Assembly (NCBI GenBank): GCA_002919235.1
Contig: PKEX01000001.1
Span: 5,289-69,288, forward strand
From: Clostridia bacterium
Lineage (GTDB): Bacteria > Bacillota > Limnochordia > DTU080 > RSA5
DNA length: 64,000 nucleotides
Direction of reading: 5' to 3'
The notes below the pieces were generated by a model, which worked only from the letters and a program-made list of their open reading frames with translations, was not told where the DNA came from and made no database searches. Made by a program: the position numbers and the translations under genes. This document shows, piece by piece, positions 62,271 through 64,000 of this stretch. Position 1 is the stretch's first letter; each line of letters opens with the position of its first letter.

Positions 62271-63245
62271 TTGGTACGGGTTTTCCGACGGACTCTTGGG
62301 TGGGCGGCCGCGCTGGTGCTGCTCGCTTTCTCGCTCAGCGCGCAGGCGGCCCCCCTCCGGGTGGGCATCACCCAGATCGTGGAGCATCCCTCGCTGGACC
62401 AAGCGCGCCAGGGCTTCATCGACCGCCTGGGCGAGCTGGGCTACGTCGAAGGCGTGGACATCGTGTATGACATCCAAAGCGCCCAAGGGGACCTGGCGAC
62501 GGCCCAGACCATCGCCCGCAAGTTCCAGGCGGACGGCGTCGACTTGATCCTGGCCATCGCGACGCCGACTGCCCAAGCGGCGGCGCACATCGTGAAGGAC
62601 ATCCCTATTCTGATCACCGCCGTCACCGACCCGGTCGCCGCGGACCTGGTGCAGAGCATCGAGCGGCCGGGGACCAACGTGACCGGCACCTCGGACCTGA
62701 CGCCGGTCCGGGAGCAGCTGGAGCTGCTCAAGGAGATCGTGCCCCAGGCGCGGCGGGTCGGCGTGGTCTACAACGCCGGCGAGGTGAACTCCGTGGTCCA
62801 GGTGGAGCTGGCCCGCCAGGCCGCAGCCTCCCTGGGCTTCACCCTGGTGGAGGCGACGGCCGCGAACTCGTCCGAAGTGCTCCAGGCGGCCCAGTCGCTC
62901 CAAGGGCGGGTCGACGCCATCTACGTCCCCACCGACAACACCGTGGTCTCGGCGCTGGAGTCGGTGATCCTCGTAGCCGAGCGCGCCCGGCTCCCGCTGA
63001 TCGCCGGTGAAGCCGACAGCGTCGCCAAGGGCGCTTTGGCCACCCTGGGCATCGACTACTATAAGCTCGGCCGGCAGACCGCGGACATCGCCTACCGGGT
63101 GCTGCAGGGCGAGGATCCGGCCGGGATCCCCATCGAGTACCTGAACGACCTCGACCTGGTGGTCAACGTGGCCGCCGCAAAACGGATGGGCGTCACGATC
63201 CCTGACTCCGTCCTCGCCCGGGCGGACCAGGTGATCGAGGAATAG
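62271..63245 (+). CDS. ABC substrate-binding protein (aromatic amino acid-binding-like family)
   Basis: VGITQIVEHPSLD, AIATPTAQA, AVTDPV, NVTGTSD and PTDNTV. Confidence 0.9.
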   Translation: MVRVFRRTLGWAAALVLLAFSLSAQAAPLRVGITQIVEHPSLDQARQGFIDRLGELGYVEGVDIVYDIQSAQGDLATAQTIARKFQADGVDLILAIATPTAQAAAHIVKDIPILITAVTDPVAADLVQSIERPGTNVTGTSDLTPVREQLELLKEIVPQARRVGVVYNAGEVNSVVQVELARQAAASLGFTLVEATAANSSEVLQAAQSLQGRVDAIYVPTDNTVVSALESVILVAERARLPLIAGEADSVAKGALATLGIDYYKLGRQTADIAYRVLQGEDPAGIPIEYLNDLDLVVNVAAAKRMGVTIPDSVLARADQVIEE

Positions 63246-63273
63246 GCGCCGCAACGAAAGCCGGCGTCGCTCG

Positions 63274-63308
63274 GGGTGGAAGGCCTGAGCGGCCTTCCAC
63301 CCTTTTTT
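63274..63308 (+). terminator. Intrinsic terminator inside the operon, between binding protein and permease
   Basis: GGGTGGAAGGCC-tgagc-GGCCTTCCACCC-TTTTTT. Confidence 0.8.
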
Positions 63309-63349
63309 GAGCATGACGGGCACGACGGACCTGGGAAGGATGTACGGCC

Positions 63350-64000
63350 TTGAGCTGGCATGCGCTGGGTGGATCGATCGAACAGGGGCTCGCCTACGGG
63401 GTGCTGGCCCTCGGTGTGTACCTGACCTTCCGCGTCCTGCAGTTCGCGGATCTGACCGTCGACGGCACGTTTCCTCTGGGCGCCGCCGTGGCCGCCGTGC
63501 TCATCGTCGGCGGCACGTCCCCCGTCACCGCGGTGGCCGTCGCCTTTCTCGCGGGGGCGGCCGCGGGGGCGGTCACCGGCTTCATGCATACCAAGATGCG
63601 GATCGCCGGCCTCTTGGCCAGCATCCTGACGATGACGGCGCTCTATTCGGTCAACCTCCGCATCATGGGCCGGCCCAACGTCCCGCTCCTGCGCCAGCCC
63701 ACGATCTTCACCATGCTGGCCGAGCGGGGGTTTGACCACCCGCTCCAGGCTCTGGTGGTCTTCGGCGTCCTGGCGCTGCTGGTCAAGCTCAGCATCGACT
63801 GGTTTCTCAGCACCCACTTGGGCCTGGCCGTCCGGGCCACGGGCGACAACCCCGTCATGATCCGCAGCCTCGGCGTGAACACCGACTCCATGATCATCCT
63901 GGGACTGGCCTTCTCCAACGGCCTAGTGGCCCTGGCCGGCGCCATGATCGCCCAGTACCAGGGGTACGCCGACGTGGGGATGGGCCTCGGCACCATCATC
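63350..64000 (+). CDS. ABC permease of the same transporter, runs off the window edge
   Basis: Manual translation from TTG 63350: ...IEQGLAYGVLALGVYLTFRVLQFADLTVDGTFPLG...LLASIL...YSVNLRIMGRPN...RATGDN. Confidence 0.9.
   Translation, partial: MSWHALGGSIEQGLAYGVLALGVYLTFRVLQFADLTVDGTFPLGAAVAAVLIVGGTSPVTAVAVAFLAGAAAGAVTGFMHTKMRIAGLLASILTMTALYSVNLRIMGRPNVPLLRQPTIFTMLAERGFDHPLQALVVFGVLALLVKLSIDWFLSTHLGLAVRATGDNPVMIRSLGVNTDSMIILGLAFSNGLVALAGAMIAQYQGYADVGMGLGTII

Overview
This is a very GC-rich, densely coding chromosomal window. It most likely comes from a spore-forming, aerobic-respiring Bacillota lineage, probably Limnochordia-like. That is an inference from a Symbiobacterium-type DAP dehydrogenase, a SpoVB-like flippase with a sigma-E-like promoter, Bacillus-type CtaA/ResDE-like genes and a candidate outer-membrane beta-barrel. 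Contents in order: a LacI-controlled Opp/Dpp-family ABC importer; a stand-alone Crp-type HTH gene plus a polyprenyl synthase; a complete System I cytochrome c maturation operon (ccmE-A-B-C-D-tlpA-[tlpA::ccmH]-[ccmF::extension]) ending in an OmpR/ResDE-like two-component pair; tlpA, DUF3105 and spoVB-like genes; polA; ddh; ctaA and a cupredoxin; a xylonate-dehydratase-family gene; a membrane-anchored patatin; an iolB-led sugar catabolic operon with a TIM-barrel epimerase::aldolase fusion; a sugar ABC importer with LacI; ung, dedA and an LLM oxidoreductase; an ECF sigma/anti-sigma operon; a TPP riboswitch with thiBPQ; and further ABC transporters. I saw no transposase, integrase, rRNA, tRNA or CRISPR. 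The most unusual signals are four: (1) a non-coding array of six 16-bp palindromes at an exact 32-bp period, in two triplets next to the patatin gene; (2) a variant Ccm system with a CxxxF CcmE and two gene fusions; (3) a perfect 15-bp hairpin that buries the spoVB-like RBS and overlaps a sigma-E-like promoter; (4) the epimerase-aldolase fusion operon. All calls come from motif reading, and no database searches were run.
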